In this document: one piece after another, positions 36,866 through 44,732 of the stretch
Layout: each line of letters begins with the position of its first letter
Numbering within the stretch: the stretch's first letter is position 1
IMG/VR virus record: IMGVR_UViG_3300010397_000016
Coordinates: 1-51,275 of that record
Length of the DNA stretch: 51,275 nt
Strand: one strand, 5' to 3'
DNA from: a virus
Taxonomy: Duplodnaviria > Caudoviricetes
Made by a program: the position numbers and the translations under genes
The notes under the pieces: generated by a model
What the model saw: only the letters and a program-made list of their open reading frames with translations
What the model was told of the DNA's origin: nothing
Database searches by the model: none

Positions 36866-37372
36866 ATGACTATGTCGCGCGCTCTTACCATCATCGGTCT
36901 GGATATAGGAACACGCACCGGCTGGGCAATCAGCCAGGGCGATAAGATTATCTCCAGCGGAGTGCGCGACTTTTCCCTGAAAGCGAATGAGCATAAAGGC
37001 AAGCGCGGAATTCGCTTTTATAACTTCCTGATGACGCTGCCGCACCCGGACGTCATCTTCTATGAAAAGGTGCAGTTCTCCATGAATAAATACAGCAGTG
37101 AAGGCGGTGAGCTCTATAAAGGCCTCCTGATGCTGGTGAATATGTTTGCTGCCGGCTTTGATGTGAATACCATCGGCGTGCATCCTTCCACACTCAAGAA
37201 GCAATTCACGGGCAATGGCCGGGCAGAAAAGCTGGAGATGTGCAACACTGCCCGCAAATACGGCTGGCAAGGCGGCGCTGAAGGCACGGACCTGCTTAAT
37301 GATGAAGCGGACGCCGGTGCGGTCATCATCACTCAGGCGCGTGAATTATACGGCTTAGACGTCACCTGGTAA
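36866..37372 (+). CDS. RuvC-like Holliday junction resolvase
   Basis: IIGLDIGTRTGWA, FYE, LKKQFTGNGRA.K, DEADA acidic tetrad. Confidence 0.85.
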   Translation: MTMSRALTIIGLDIGTRTGWAISQGDKIISSGVRDFSLKANEHKGKRGIRFYNFLMTLPHPDVIFYEKVQFSMNKYSSEGGELYKGLLMLVNMFAAGFDVNTIGVHPSTLKKQFTGNGRAEKLEMCNTARKYGWQGGAEGTDLLNDEADAGAVIITQARELYGLDVTW

Positions 37373-37468
37373 TTTCATTGTATAAATATCACATAAAGTC
37401 GCAGCGGTTCATGTAATGAATTCGTGCTCTTTTGATTTTTCTATATAAAATATTCATCAGAAAATAAT

Positions 37469-37607
37469 TTGCCCAAAGCAAAATCCTTTGTATGCTTTCC
37501 TTCTAACCACTTTTGAAGGAAGTGACTATAATGAAAAAATCCCACAATAAATTCTAAATTATGGCCCGGCGGTATGCTTGGCCTTCAAACTCGCATGCCG
37601 TCGTGGT
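37469..37607 (+). promoter_or_regulatory. Promoter plus structured leader (leader peptide and candidate pseudoknot) of the initiator gene
   Basis: TTGCCC-N16-TATGCT; uORF MKKSHNKF at 37531-37557; 11-bp stem 37567-37577/37593-37603; loop CCTTCAAA complementary to TTTGAAGG at 37512-37519. Confidence 0.55.
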
Positions 37608-37624
37608 CTCCAATGGGATGGACT

Positions 37625-38452
37625 ATGTCAGGTTATTTTTCTCTCTCCAGAACCCTATTAAATGATCCTTTATGGCTGACTTCTGTATTCAGCCCAGCCC
37701 AAGCATTTATCGATCTCGTAGGGCTTGCGCAATGGAAAGATAGTTATATCAGAATTGCTGGCCAGAAAGTGGAAATAAAGAGGGGACAATGCGGGTGGTC
37801 AGAGGTGAATTTAGCACAGAGATGGAAGTGGAGCAGAGGGAAAGTTCGGCGCTTTCTTGACGAGATTTCGTCTACTGGAAAGATAATACAACAGACGAAC
37901 ACAAGAACTTCTATAATAACTATATGTAATTATGATAATTATTGCCATTCAGGAAATGATGATGATTTGGAAATGGTACATCAAACAGAACAACAGACGG
38001 TACATCAAACAGAACAACAGACGGTACACATAAGAAGAAAGGAAAATAAAGAAAATAAAGAAAAGAATACTAACCCTACCCTTTTTGGCGATGCACCGCC
38101 GGAGGTGGTGAAGCAGGATGTTGATTATTTTCCTCAAGCATGGGATTTATGGCCGAAGAAGGAAGGCAAGAAAGAGGCGCAGAAAGCATGGAAAACAGCC
38201 ATTACCAAGGAAAAACCAGAAGCAATTATCGCTGCACTCCAGCGCTACCGGGAGGCCTACGATGAGGATCGCCGGGACGAGAAACAGAAATACCAATACA
38301 CACCGCGGTTTTCCACGTGGTTGAACGGGGAAAGATGGAATGATTTACCCCCTCCGGATGACGATGATGACCGCCCAGACATGGATTTCACCGGCATGGA
38401 CAAAACCGAAAAGGCAGAAGCCATTCTCCGGCTGGCAGGGATAGGGTACTAA
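37625..38452 (+). CDS. Replication initiator / replisome organiser (lambda O-like)
   Basis: GYFSLSR.L...W, RGQ..S...LA.RWKWSR.KVRRFL, IITICNYD.Y N-terminal domain; F..AW.LWPKK.GK..A.KAW...STWLNGERW C-terminal domain; internal tandem repeats. Confidence 0.8.
   Translation: MSGYFSLSRTLLNDPLWLTSVFSPAQAFIDLVGLAQWKDSYIRIAGQKVEIKRGQCGWSEVNLAQRWKWSRGKVRRFLDEISSTGKIIQQTNTRTSIITICNYDNYCHSGNDDDLEMVHQTEQQTVHQTEQQTVHIRRKENKENKEKNTNPTLFGDAPPEVVKQDVDYFPQAWDLWPKKEGKKEAQKAWKTAITKEKPEAIIAALQRYREAYDEDRRDEKQKYQYTPRFSTWLNGERWNDLPPPDDDDDRPDMDFTGMDKTEKAEAILRLAGIGY
37975..38028 (+). repeat. 24-bp tandem repeats (2.25 copies), candidate origin iterons
   Basis: GGTACATCAAACAGAACAACAGAC x2 plus GGTACA, followed by an A-rich tract (38030-38070), inside the initiator linker. 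Confidence 0.7.
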
Positions 38453-38454
38453 CC

Positions 38455-38766
38455 ATGTCAGAACTCACCGAAAAACTTCACCACCTTGGCATACGACTGA
38501 AAAACTACGGGGTGGGTGAACACACCACCACCTGCCCAAAATGTTCCCACCTACGCCGAAAAAAGCGCGTGCCGTGCCTATCCGTGAAGATCGAGCCAAA
38601 CCTGATTTTATATTTTTGCCATCACTGTGGTGACCATGGAGGACTGAATGAGCGAGGAACGACGACTAACACCACTTACCGACCATCAAGCGGAACTGCT
38701 GGAAGCGCGCGGCATAAACAGGGAAACAGCCGTAAATCTTGGCTGGCAAAGCTGCGAGGGGCGTAA
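38455..38766 (+). CDS. Stand-alone primase zinc-binding domain
   Basis: TTCPKCSH.R.KK..PCLSV.I......FCHHCG is a T7 gp4/Twinkle-type Zn ribbon. Confidence 0.8.
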   Translation: MSELTEKLHHLGIRLKNYGVGEHTTTCPKCSHLRRKKRVPCLSVKIEPNLILYFCHHCGDHGGLNERGTTTNTTYRPSSGTAGSARHKQGNSRKSWLAKLRGA

Positions 38767-40249
38767 GGACTGGATTGCCATACCGTTCATCAAAAACGGC
38801 GTGGTGGTCAACCGGAAGTACCGCACTCTTGCCGGCGAAAAGAAATTCAGCCAGGACAAGGGCGGAGAGCAGTGCCTGTACAACGTGGATATCCTCAAGT
38901 GGCCGGAGAAAATGAAACCAGAGGATCGTCGCGCGCAGCAGGTGATCATCGTTGAGGGGGAGATGGATTGCGCCATTGCCATCCAGTGTGGCTACATGGC
39001 AGTATCGGTACCGTCGGGTGCCAATGAGAAACCGGTGGAGGCGGAAGACAGCGCCAAGTTTGAATTCCTGAAGGATTTCCCCCGCCTGTGCATCGCCGTG
39101 CTGGCGGTGGATGACGACATTGCCGGCCACACGCTACGGCAGGATTTGGCATTACGGCTTGGCTGGCACCGCTGCAAGTGGGTGAAATATCCCAAGGGCT
39201 GCAAAGACCTCAATGACGTCTTCCGCAAATACGGGCAAAAGGGTGTCGACAAGGTCCTGAAGGAAAAAACCAACTTCATGAACCAAGGCGGCTTGTTCAA
39301 GCTGGATGAATTGGCAGATGAGCCATTCGTGGAGGGTATCGATCCTCAGATTGAAAGCATCTCCGATCTGTGGACCGTCAGGCGCGGTGACCTGGTGGTG
39401 GTGACCGGCATACCGAACATGGGCAAGAGCACGCTTGTGAACGCTGTATCGGCCAATATCGCCAATGTTTACGCATGGAACGTGGCTATCGCCAGTTTCG
39501 AGACACACCCGCGCCGCGGCCTGCTGAAGTTCCTGCGCACCTACTTCCTCGAAAAACCACCGGTGAGCAAGGAAGGCTTCGCCCTATGGACGCCGGAAGA
39601 GATTGCCGAAGCGGATGAATGGATAAATCGCCGGTTTTACTTCATCGTGCCGGATGTCATGTCGGATGAGATGACAAGCCTCGGCTGGCTTATCGAGCGC
39701 ATCAAGGCTGCCATCACGCAGCACGGTGTGAACATGATTATCATCGATCCTTGGAATGAAATTGATCATGACCGTCCCCAAGGCATGAGCCTCACGGAAT
39801 ACGTGGGATTTGCCATTAAGGAGCTTAAACGTCTCTGCTGGCGGTACATGGTCAGCATCATCATAGTGGCACATCCTGCGAAGCTGGAGAAGAACAAGGA
39901 CGGGGATTTTGACATGCCCAGCCTTTACGATATTTCCGATAGTTCGCACTGGAAAAATAAATGCGATGTAGGCATAGTGGTACACATGCTGCACGGGGAA
40001 GATAAAACCATCGCCACCATGTTCAAAACAGAGAAAATCCGCGAGTGGGGTGTAATGGGAACCGTAGGAAAGAGGTTGTTGAAATTCAATCCTGCCACTT
40101 CCCGGTATAGCGGTTATGAAGATTTTGTGCCGCTGTTACCGCCAACGAAAAAGAAAAAAGAACCTGCCGAAAAGAAGGCGGACAGCAAGATACCTGACAA
40201 GCAGGACATGGGAACAGCGCAACTTCCGCTTGCCTATAAGGATGATTAA
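38648..40249 (+). CDS. TOPRIM primase plus SF4 (DnaB/Twinkle-like) helicase, lacking the Zn domain
   Basis: RGI, VNRKYR, IVEGEMD, DDD, KDLND; Walker A GIPNMGKS; IIIDP; VAHP; GGAGG RBS. Confidence 0.92.
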   Translation: MSEERRLTPLTDHQAELLEARGINRETAVNLGWQSCEGRKDWIAIPFIKNGVVVNRKYRTLAGEKKFSQDKGGEQCLYNVDILKWPEKMKPEDRRAQQVIIVEGEMDCAIAIQCGYMAVSVPSGANEKPVEAEDSAKFEFLKDFPRLCIAVLAVDDDIAGHTLRQDLALRLGWHRCKWVKYPKGCKDLNDVFRKYGQKGVDKVLKEKTNFMNQGGLFKLDELADEPFVEGIDPQIESISDLWTVRRGDLVVVTGIPNMGKSTLVNAVSANIANVYAWNVAIASFETHPRRGLLKFLRTYFLEKPPVSKEGFALWTPEEIAEADEWINRRFYFIVPDVMSDEMTSLGWLIERIKAAITQHGVNMIIIDPWNEIDHDRPQGMSLTEYVGFAIKELKRLCWRYMVSIIIVAHPAKLEKNKDGDFDMPSLYDISDSSHWKNKCDVGIVVHMLHGEDKTIATMFKTEKIREWGVMGTVGKRLLKFNPATSRYSGYEDFVPLLPPTKKKKEPAEKKADSKIPDKQDMGTAQLPLAYKDD

Positions 40250-40255
40250 AATCAT
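40242..40255. promoter_or_regulatory. Operator palindrome ATGATTAAAATCAT
   Basis: Exact copy of the switch-region site; overlaps the helicase stop codon upstream of the Tad2-like gene. Confidence 0.65.
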
Positions 40256-40337
40256 ATTTGGTAGTGACATGAAGAAAAACTTGTTTATTATGGCTTGCCT
40301 ACCCATCCTGTGGGTATTCACAGCAAAAGGAGGTTTT

Positions 40338-40925
40338 ATGTTTAAGAAAAAAGAAAACATGAGTTTCGGCCAGGCGCTTGCGCTGCTCAAAGAAGGCAAG
40401 CGTGTAGGACGTGAAGGCTGGAATGGGAAAGGCATGTTCATTGCGCTGATGCCGGCGCTGAAGCTTCCGCCTTTCAGTTCTCAGGAACCCGGCGCCAAGG
40501 TCAATGACCGTACCGCAAAATTCATCGGCAACGACACCCCGCTCGATAGCCAGCCATATTTCGCTATGCGTACCGCTACAGGTCAATGGCAACCGGGCTG
40601 GCTTGCTTCTCAGTCCGATCTGCTCAGCGAAGACTGGTTCCTTGTGGCTGATGCTGATGTGGCGGCCGCCGATGAAAAGAAAAAAGAAGACAGCGGTGAA
40701 ACAAAGCTCACTGTGATTGTTCCAGATAATGTAGCTGCCGGTTCTGAAAAAGTGCTCAAGTTCCTCGACAAGTATCCGCATACCGGTGCTCACCGTGATG
40801 CTGCAGAGGCGCGTCAGCACATGCATTTCACCGTACCTGCAGCAGACGCAGATGAGTTGGTGATCCGGCTTGGCAATATGGGCTTCCATGCGGAGTATGC
40901 CCAAAGTGAAAAACAGGCCGCGTAG
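40338..40925 (+). CDS. DUF2829 / Tad2-like anti-defence sponge protein with C-terminal extension
   Basis: MSFGQAL..LKEGKRVGREGWNGKGMFI...QPYFAMRTATGQWQPGWLASQSDLLSEDW; AGGAGG RBS at ATG 40338. Confidence 0.85.
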   Translation: MFKKKENMSFGQALALLKEGKRVGREGWNGKGMFIALMPALKLPPFSSQEPGAKVNDRTAKFIGNDTPLDSQPYFAMRTATGQWQPGWLASQSDLLSEDWFLVADADVAAADEKKKEDSGETKLTVIVPDNVAAGSEKVLKFLDKYPHTGAHRDAAEARQHMHFTVPAADADELVIRLGNMGFHAEYAQSEKQAA

Positions 40926-40954
40926 TTAGGAACATCTACGCATGCGCTTGTTTT

Positions 40955-40994
40955 GCGCCGGGTAGTTACGCTCATTTCTACCCGGCGTTTTATT
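40955..40994 (+). terminator. Rho-independent terminator
   Basis: GCGCCGGGTAG/CTACCCGGCGT stem followed by TTTATT. Confidence 0.75.
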
Positions 40995-41013
40995 AACCCA
41001 CTACTGAGGAGGA

Positions 41014-41403
41014 GTGTTTATGCATGAAGGGACTAAAATCAATGTGACGAAGTTGGCCAATGGCTATCTCGTCAGCACTGAAACGCCAAATGGTGGCATA
41101 ACGATGAAGCAGAGCGCCGGCTTTGACGGTATGACCAGGATATTGCGCGATGTGTTCAATGAACCGTTTCCAGAATTTAGCGATACCGATCTGACGAAGC
41201 CACCATTGCAAGTACAGCTTGAGCGCACACAAAAGGCCAATGAGTGGTTATCAGGTCAAGTTGGAACTTTATCTGATAAGGTGGCGCAGCTAAACAAACA
41301 ATTTCTTGAGGTCTATGAGGATTATGTATACCGAAAGAAAAGGAATGCATCTGCGGCGCAGTCAAAAGCAAAATCTCGCACAAAAGCAAAAGGCAAGAAA
41401 TAA
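41014..41403 (+). CDS. Hypothetical coiled-coil protein with basic tail
   Basis: GAGGAGGAG RBS; start may be ATG 41020. Confidence 0.65.
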   Translation: MFMHEGTKINVTKLANGYLVSTETPNGGITMKQSAGFDGMTRILRDVFNEPFPEFSDTDLTKPPLQVQLERTQKANEWLSGQVGTLSDKVAQLNKQFLEVYEDYVYRKKRNASAAQSKAKSRTKAKGKK

Positions 41404-41444
41404 CGGAATACCGGCGCTGAAGGTTTGGCAGTAGCTGGTATAGT

Positions 41445-41542
41445 TGGGTGGTAGCTCAGCTGGTAGAGCACAGGGTCGAGGCCGGTAATGTAAGTTGCAC
41501 GGTACAGCCGTGAGGCCGATGGTTCAAGTCCATCCCACCCGA
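41445..41542 (+). tRNA. tRNA-like RNA with canonical acceptor, D and T arms but an aberrant anticodon domain (25 nt too long); identity not assignable
   Basis: TGGGTGG/CCACCCG acceptor; TA; GCTC-AGCTGGTA-GAGC D arm; AGGCC variable loop; GATGG-TTCAAGT-CCATC T arm; discriminator A; no encoded CCA. Confidence 0.7.
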
Positions 41543-41569
41543 TTTTAATCATATACGAGGAGAAAGAAC

Positions 41570-41974
41570 ATGAACGCTAAAAAAGAAGATAATTTCGCCA
41601 CTGATAATGAGAATTCACAGGCGATTGCATTACAGAATAACATTGCAGCTAAAAGTGAGCTCGATGACGTGCCACCTGAAGTGCTAAAGAATTTGACCAA
41701 TCGGGATGATCTGGTGGCAGAAGAACGTATCAAGGCGGTGCTGCATGCTAACCCAGGATATCAGTCCGTGGATAAAATCATTCTCGGCCTATGGCACAAG
41801 TTTAAGCATAGCGAACACCGCCAGAAGATCATCTCGCGCCTCAATCGTCTTACGAAACGTCAGGAGATAAATAAAGATCAACATCATCGTAGCCATTATG
41901 GCATTTCTGTTTTAGAAGCCGCTGATAGTGGCGTGCCTGCTCCGGCGGAAGCTGAAACCGCCAAGAGTATATAA
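41570..41974 (+). CDS. Hypothetical protein, possibly winged-helix
   Basis: GAGGAG RBS; ISRLNRLTKRQEI...HYGI wing-like end. Confidence 0.6.
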   Translation: MNAKKEDNFATDNENSQAIALQNNIAAKSELDDVPPEVLKNLTNRDDLVAEERIKAVLHANPGYQSVDKIILGLWHKFKHSEHRQKIISRLNRLTKRQEINKDQHHRSHYGISVLEAADSGVPAPAEAETAKSI

Positions 41975-42119
41975 TCAGCAATAGCGTGCCCGTATAAAAA
42001 AGAAATCCCAAGGTGCATGTGGCAATAGCCCAGAATGGTTTATCGATAAAAAGAAACGATGAAATCATTATTGCCACACCACTGCACATCCCACCTATTC
42101 CACAAATTTGCTTTAACAT
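41850..42119 (-). CDS. Small two-TM membrane protein (3' end overlaps the opposite gene)
   Basis: Two hydrophobic segments in the first 50 aa; GGAGGG upstream. Confidence 0.4.
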   Translation of the reverse strand: MLKQICGIGGMCSGVAIMISSFLFIDKPFWAIATCTLGFLFYTGTLLLIIYSWRFQLPPEQARHYQRLLKQKCHNGYDDVDLYLSPDVS

Positions 42120-42298
42120 ATTCCGGCCCTCCTAATTGTGAAGCCAGCGTCATACGCTTCCTTGACGGTGACCTCGGTTAAAGATTTACCAAGTCGGCAC
42201 GCAATCACTCGAAAAAGCACGCTCATATCCGTAGAGGCCAGCTTCCTGTGGTCATTGTGTGATAGCCACCACACCAATGAGTTTTTATTCTTTTCCAT
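42113..42298 (-). CDS. Hypothetical protein
   Basis: 61 aa, divergent from the operator at 42320. Confidence 0.5.
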   Translation of the reverse strand: MEKNKNSLVWWLSHNDHRKLASTDMSVLFRVIACRLGKSLTEVTVKEAYDAGFTIRRAGIC

Positions 42299-42318
42299 GA
42301 AGATGCTGCCTTTACATT

Positions 42319-42334
42319 TATGATTATAATCATA
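42319..42334. promoter_or_regulatory. Perfect 16-bp operator palindrome TATGATTATAATCATA
   Basis: Lies between divergent genes, within a TTTACA-N16-TATCAT promoter candidate. Confidence 0.65.
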
Positions 42335-42359
42335 TCATGCTATTAAGCGCAATTCAAGT

Positions 42360-42578
42360 GTGGAGAGAAAAATGATCCCCGATGAAGAAATGCCCCTGCC
42401 AGTTGCTGATGTGCCACAGGAAAGCAAGCAGCAGATATATCGCCGGCTGGTCATGCAGGGCGTGAATTACGGCGGAGATAATGCGTATCCAGATGCATTT
42501 CCTTACAACCAATCGGACAAAGGCGGAGCATCTTGCAGTGGTGCATGGGGGCTTCGAACTGACCGAACTATCTGGTAA
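42360..42578 (+). CDS. Hypothetical protein
   Basis: GGAG RBS before ATG 42372; fills the gap before TerS. Confidence 0.5.
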   Translation: MERKMIPDEEMPLPVADVPQESKQQIYRRLVMQGVNYGGDNAYPDAFPYNQSDKGGASCSGAWGLRTDRTIW

Positions 42579-42599
42579 ATATTGCAAATCAGATGGATT

Positions 42600-42614
42600 T
42601 GGATTAAAATCATA
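42600..42614. promoter_or_regulatory. Operator-like site upstream of TerS
   Basis: TGGATTAAAATCATA shares the GATTAAAATCATA core. Confidence 0.5.
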
Positions 42615-42644
42615 TCGAATAATAACTTAAATTGAGAGATCACA

Positions 42645-43058
42645 ATGCCTAAAGGTGTAAGCAATAATCCAGGTGGCCGGCCACATCATAAGCCCATAAG
42701 CGATGGTCTTCGTATGTTACTTGGCAGGTATGTTTCTGAGATGACAGAACAGACAAAATCCGCAGAAGAGAAGGGCGAGCAGGTCTTACAATTCCGCAAG
42801 AAGCCTGGACAAAGGATGACTGTGCGTGATGCATTGTGTATGGCTATCATGAATGATGCCTTGCGCGGCAAAGGAGATGCCCGCCAAATTGTTCTCGAGC
42901 GTACAGAAGGCAAAGTTGCGGTGCCTATCAAGGGCAGCGATGACCCTGATGATGCTCCTATCAAGATTGAGCAGCAGACAAGCCTGAAGGAGCTTGCGCG
43001 CGTCTGTGCCTTTATGCTGGTAGAGGGCGCGCCGGATGAAAAAGGAAAGAAGGGATGA
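42645..43058 (+). CDS. terS: Terminase small subunit (DUF5681-like)
   Basis: PKGVSNNPGGRP N-terminal motif; A..GKG.A...VLERTEGKV. Confidence 0.75.
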   Translation: MPKGVSNNPGGRPHHKPISDGLRMLLGRYVSEMTEQTKSAEEKGEQVLQFRKKPGQRMTVRDALCMAIMNDALRGKGDARQIVLERTEGKVAVPIKGSDDPDDAPIKIEQQTSLKELARVCAFMLVEGAPDEKGKKG

Positions 43059-43363
43059 GTGATTTTCCCTTACCACCTAGTCCACCAAAACCTTGGAGAA
43101 ATCCATTCATAAGGCATAAGCCTATAGCCGGAGAAGTCGCCGGCAATCTTCTAAAATGCAAACCGCCTCACATCCAAATCACCCAGCATGATGCGAAGAT
43201 TATCGCCAGTATGCTACGTAGTTATGCCAATATCGTAAAGGAAAGCCCGCTGAATAATTCAGAGGACGCCGGCATACGGCTGCTGCTCATAGACGAACAT
43301 AATCAGGCCGTGGAAATGCGTGGCCACTTATTGAGCAAGATAGCCGCCCTGACCTCCTCATAA
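43055..43363 (+). CDS. Hypothetical protein
   Basis: ATGA-coupled to TerS. Confidence 0.55.
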   Translation: MSDFPLPPSPPKPWRNPFIRHKPIAGEVAGNLLKCKPPHIQITQHDAKIIASMLRSYANIVKESPLNNSEDAGIRLLLIDEHNQAVEMRGHLLSKIAALTSS

Positions 43364-43372
43364 TCAAAACTG

Positions 43373-43401
43373 TTGCGATAAATCATAGAGGTGTGTATAT
43401 T
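43373..43401 (+). promoter_or_regulatory. Sigma70 promoter
   Basis: TTGCGA-N17-TATATT in an intergenic gap. Confidence 0.6.
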
Positions 43402-43447
43402 ACCACAATCCGAGGGGATGAATTCAATCAGTTAAGAGTTTATCCAG

Positions 43448-43816
43448 ATGTCATTTTCGCCATCAGTCGTTAAGCAGAATGTCCTTCAGCAAGGCGGCCA
43501 GGTATTCCCTTATGTTTCCCGCTGGAATGATGTAATATCTCTCGCTGCCGGCGTTGCACAATCCTATGATTTAACCGCTATGCGCGCTGCTGCTGGCCTC
43601 GTAGCTGGTCAATCGGTATTCATTGTATTCGCAGCTGATGCTCCCTTCTGGGCAAACTTCAGCGGCAATGCTGCTGCTATCCCAGCTGCCAACGTGACAG
43701 ACGGGTCAGCTTCTGAATTCTGCCCGAACCAGCGCTACATCGATACCGCTGATACTTCCATCAGCCTAATATCATCCACCGCTTGCAATGTTTCATTGCA
43801 GGTCACACGCCCATAA
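43448..43816 (+). CDS. Probable beta-rich virion accessory protein
   Basis: Ala/Ser/Val-rich with codon usage resembling the capsid gene. Confidence 0.5.
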   Translation: MSFSPSVVKQNVLQQGGQVFPYVSRWNDVISLAAGVAQSYDLTAMRAAAGLVAGQSVFIVFAADAPFWANFSGNAAAIPAANVTDGSASEFCPNQRYIDTADTSISLISSTACNVSLQVTRP

Positions 43817-43831
43817 CGAAAGGAAATCAAC

Positions 43832-44716
43832 ATGGCCGGCACACCAGTTATTTATAACATCGTCAAATCCCTCGAAGGTAATCTCTGCGGCCTTGATGGT
43901 AGTAATGCTCCAAGCAAACTTATTGGAGGGGGCAGCAGTTCGCCTGGAGACTATGCACCTTATATCACTGGCCGCAATCTGCGTGGCCTGCGCCTATTCG
44001 ATATTAATAAATATGGTTTGCAGGGTAGCGATTACAAGCTATCTGCGCCTGTATTCCACAACGATATCTTTGATGACTTCCTCGGTGCTGCTATCAGCAA
44101 CTTCTGGAACAACGTCAAAGGCTCTGATGGTGCCACTGCCGTGGCAATCAACGTACAGACCAACGGTGCTGTCCGTCTGACTACCGGTGCAAATGCCACT
44201 CATACCATGGCTGCCAATGGTGCTCAGTTGGTGGGTGCGCTTAACCTTCTGATATCAGATGCTGGCACGCGCTTTGAAACGCGCCTCGGTGCCTTGTCAG
44301 CTGCTACCGGCCAGAGTATCTGCTTCGGCCTGATCGATAGTTCTTCGCTCAGTGCACCTTTTACCATTACGGGTGCAACTGTCACAGCGAATGCTACCAA
44401 CGCTGCTGCCTTTGTGCAGGATGCTGCAGGTACCAATACCAATCTCACCGCATGCGCTGTTAACGCCGGCGGATCGCCGCAGTCAGTTAACCTGACGCAG
44501 GCTGTACCGTTGTCAGGCTTCAGCATTTACCGCATCGATATTGATGCTGCAGGTAATGCCAACTTCTTTATCGACGGCGCCCTCGTTGCAACGATTGCTC
44601 TTGCGGTAGCCACTACTGCGCGCCTAGCACCATCAGTTGGTGCCTTCTCTGAAGTCACCAGCGGTTCGCAGACCCTCGATATCGATTACATCCTGGCTTC
44701 GAATAACCGCGTCTAA
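43832..44716 (+). CDS. Probable virion protein with a ConA/LamG-like beta-sandwich
   Basis: FDDFLG...GAVRLTTG...FETR...FGL...YRIDID...FFIDGALVAT...LDIDYI pattern. Confidence 0.55.
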   Translation: MAGTPVIYNIVKSLEGNLCGLDGSNAPSKLIGGGSSSPGDYAPYITGRNLRGLRLFDINKYGLQGSDYKLSAPVFHNDIFDDFLGAAISNFWNNVKGSDGATAVAINVQTNGAVRLTTGANATHTMAANGAQLVGALNLLISDAGTRFETRLGALSAATGQSICFGLIDSSSLSAPFTITGATVTANATNAAAFVQDAAGTNTNLTACAVNAGGSPQSVNLTQAVPLSGFSIYRIDIDAAGNANFFIDGALVATIALAVATTARLAPSVGAFSEVTSGSQTLDIDYILASNNRV

Positions 44717-44732
44717 AACATAGGCAGCGAAT

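Noticed and set aside
36866-37372. RuvC domain as TnpB/Cas12 or a transposase
   Set aside because: At 168 aa with a compact resolvase motif set, no Zn finger and no flanking IS ends, it fits an ordinary phage resolvase.
37975-38028. CRISPR mini-array
   Set aside because: The repeats are directly tandem with no spacers and are in frame within a CDS.
40116-40337. 74-aa N-terminal extension of the Tad2-like ORF in the track
   Set aside because: It overlaps the helicase gene and the operator, while ATG 40338 has a perfect AGGAGG RBS.
41445-41542. Assignment as tRNA-Leu(GAG) or as an attP site
   Set aside because: There is no U33, the stem is mismatched, the long variable arm of bacterial tRNA-Leu is missing, and no integrase is present.
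43418-43431. Additional operator copy ATGAATTCAATCAG
   Set aside because: Three mismatches to the consensus make it too weak to support.
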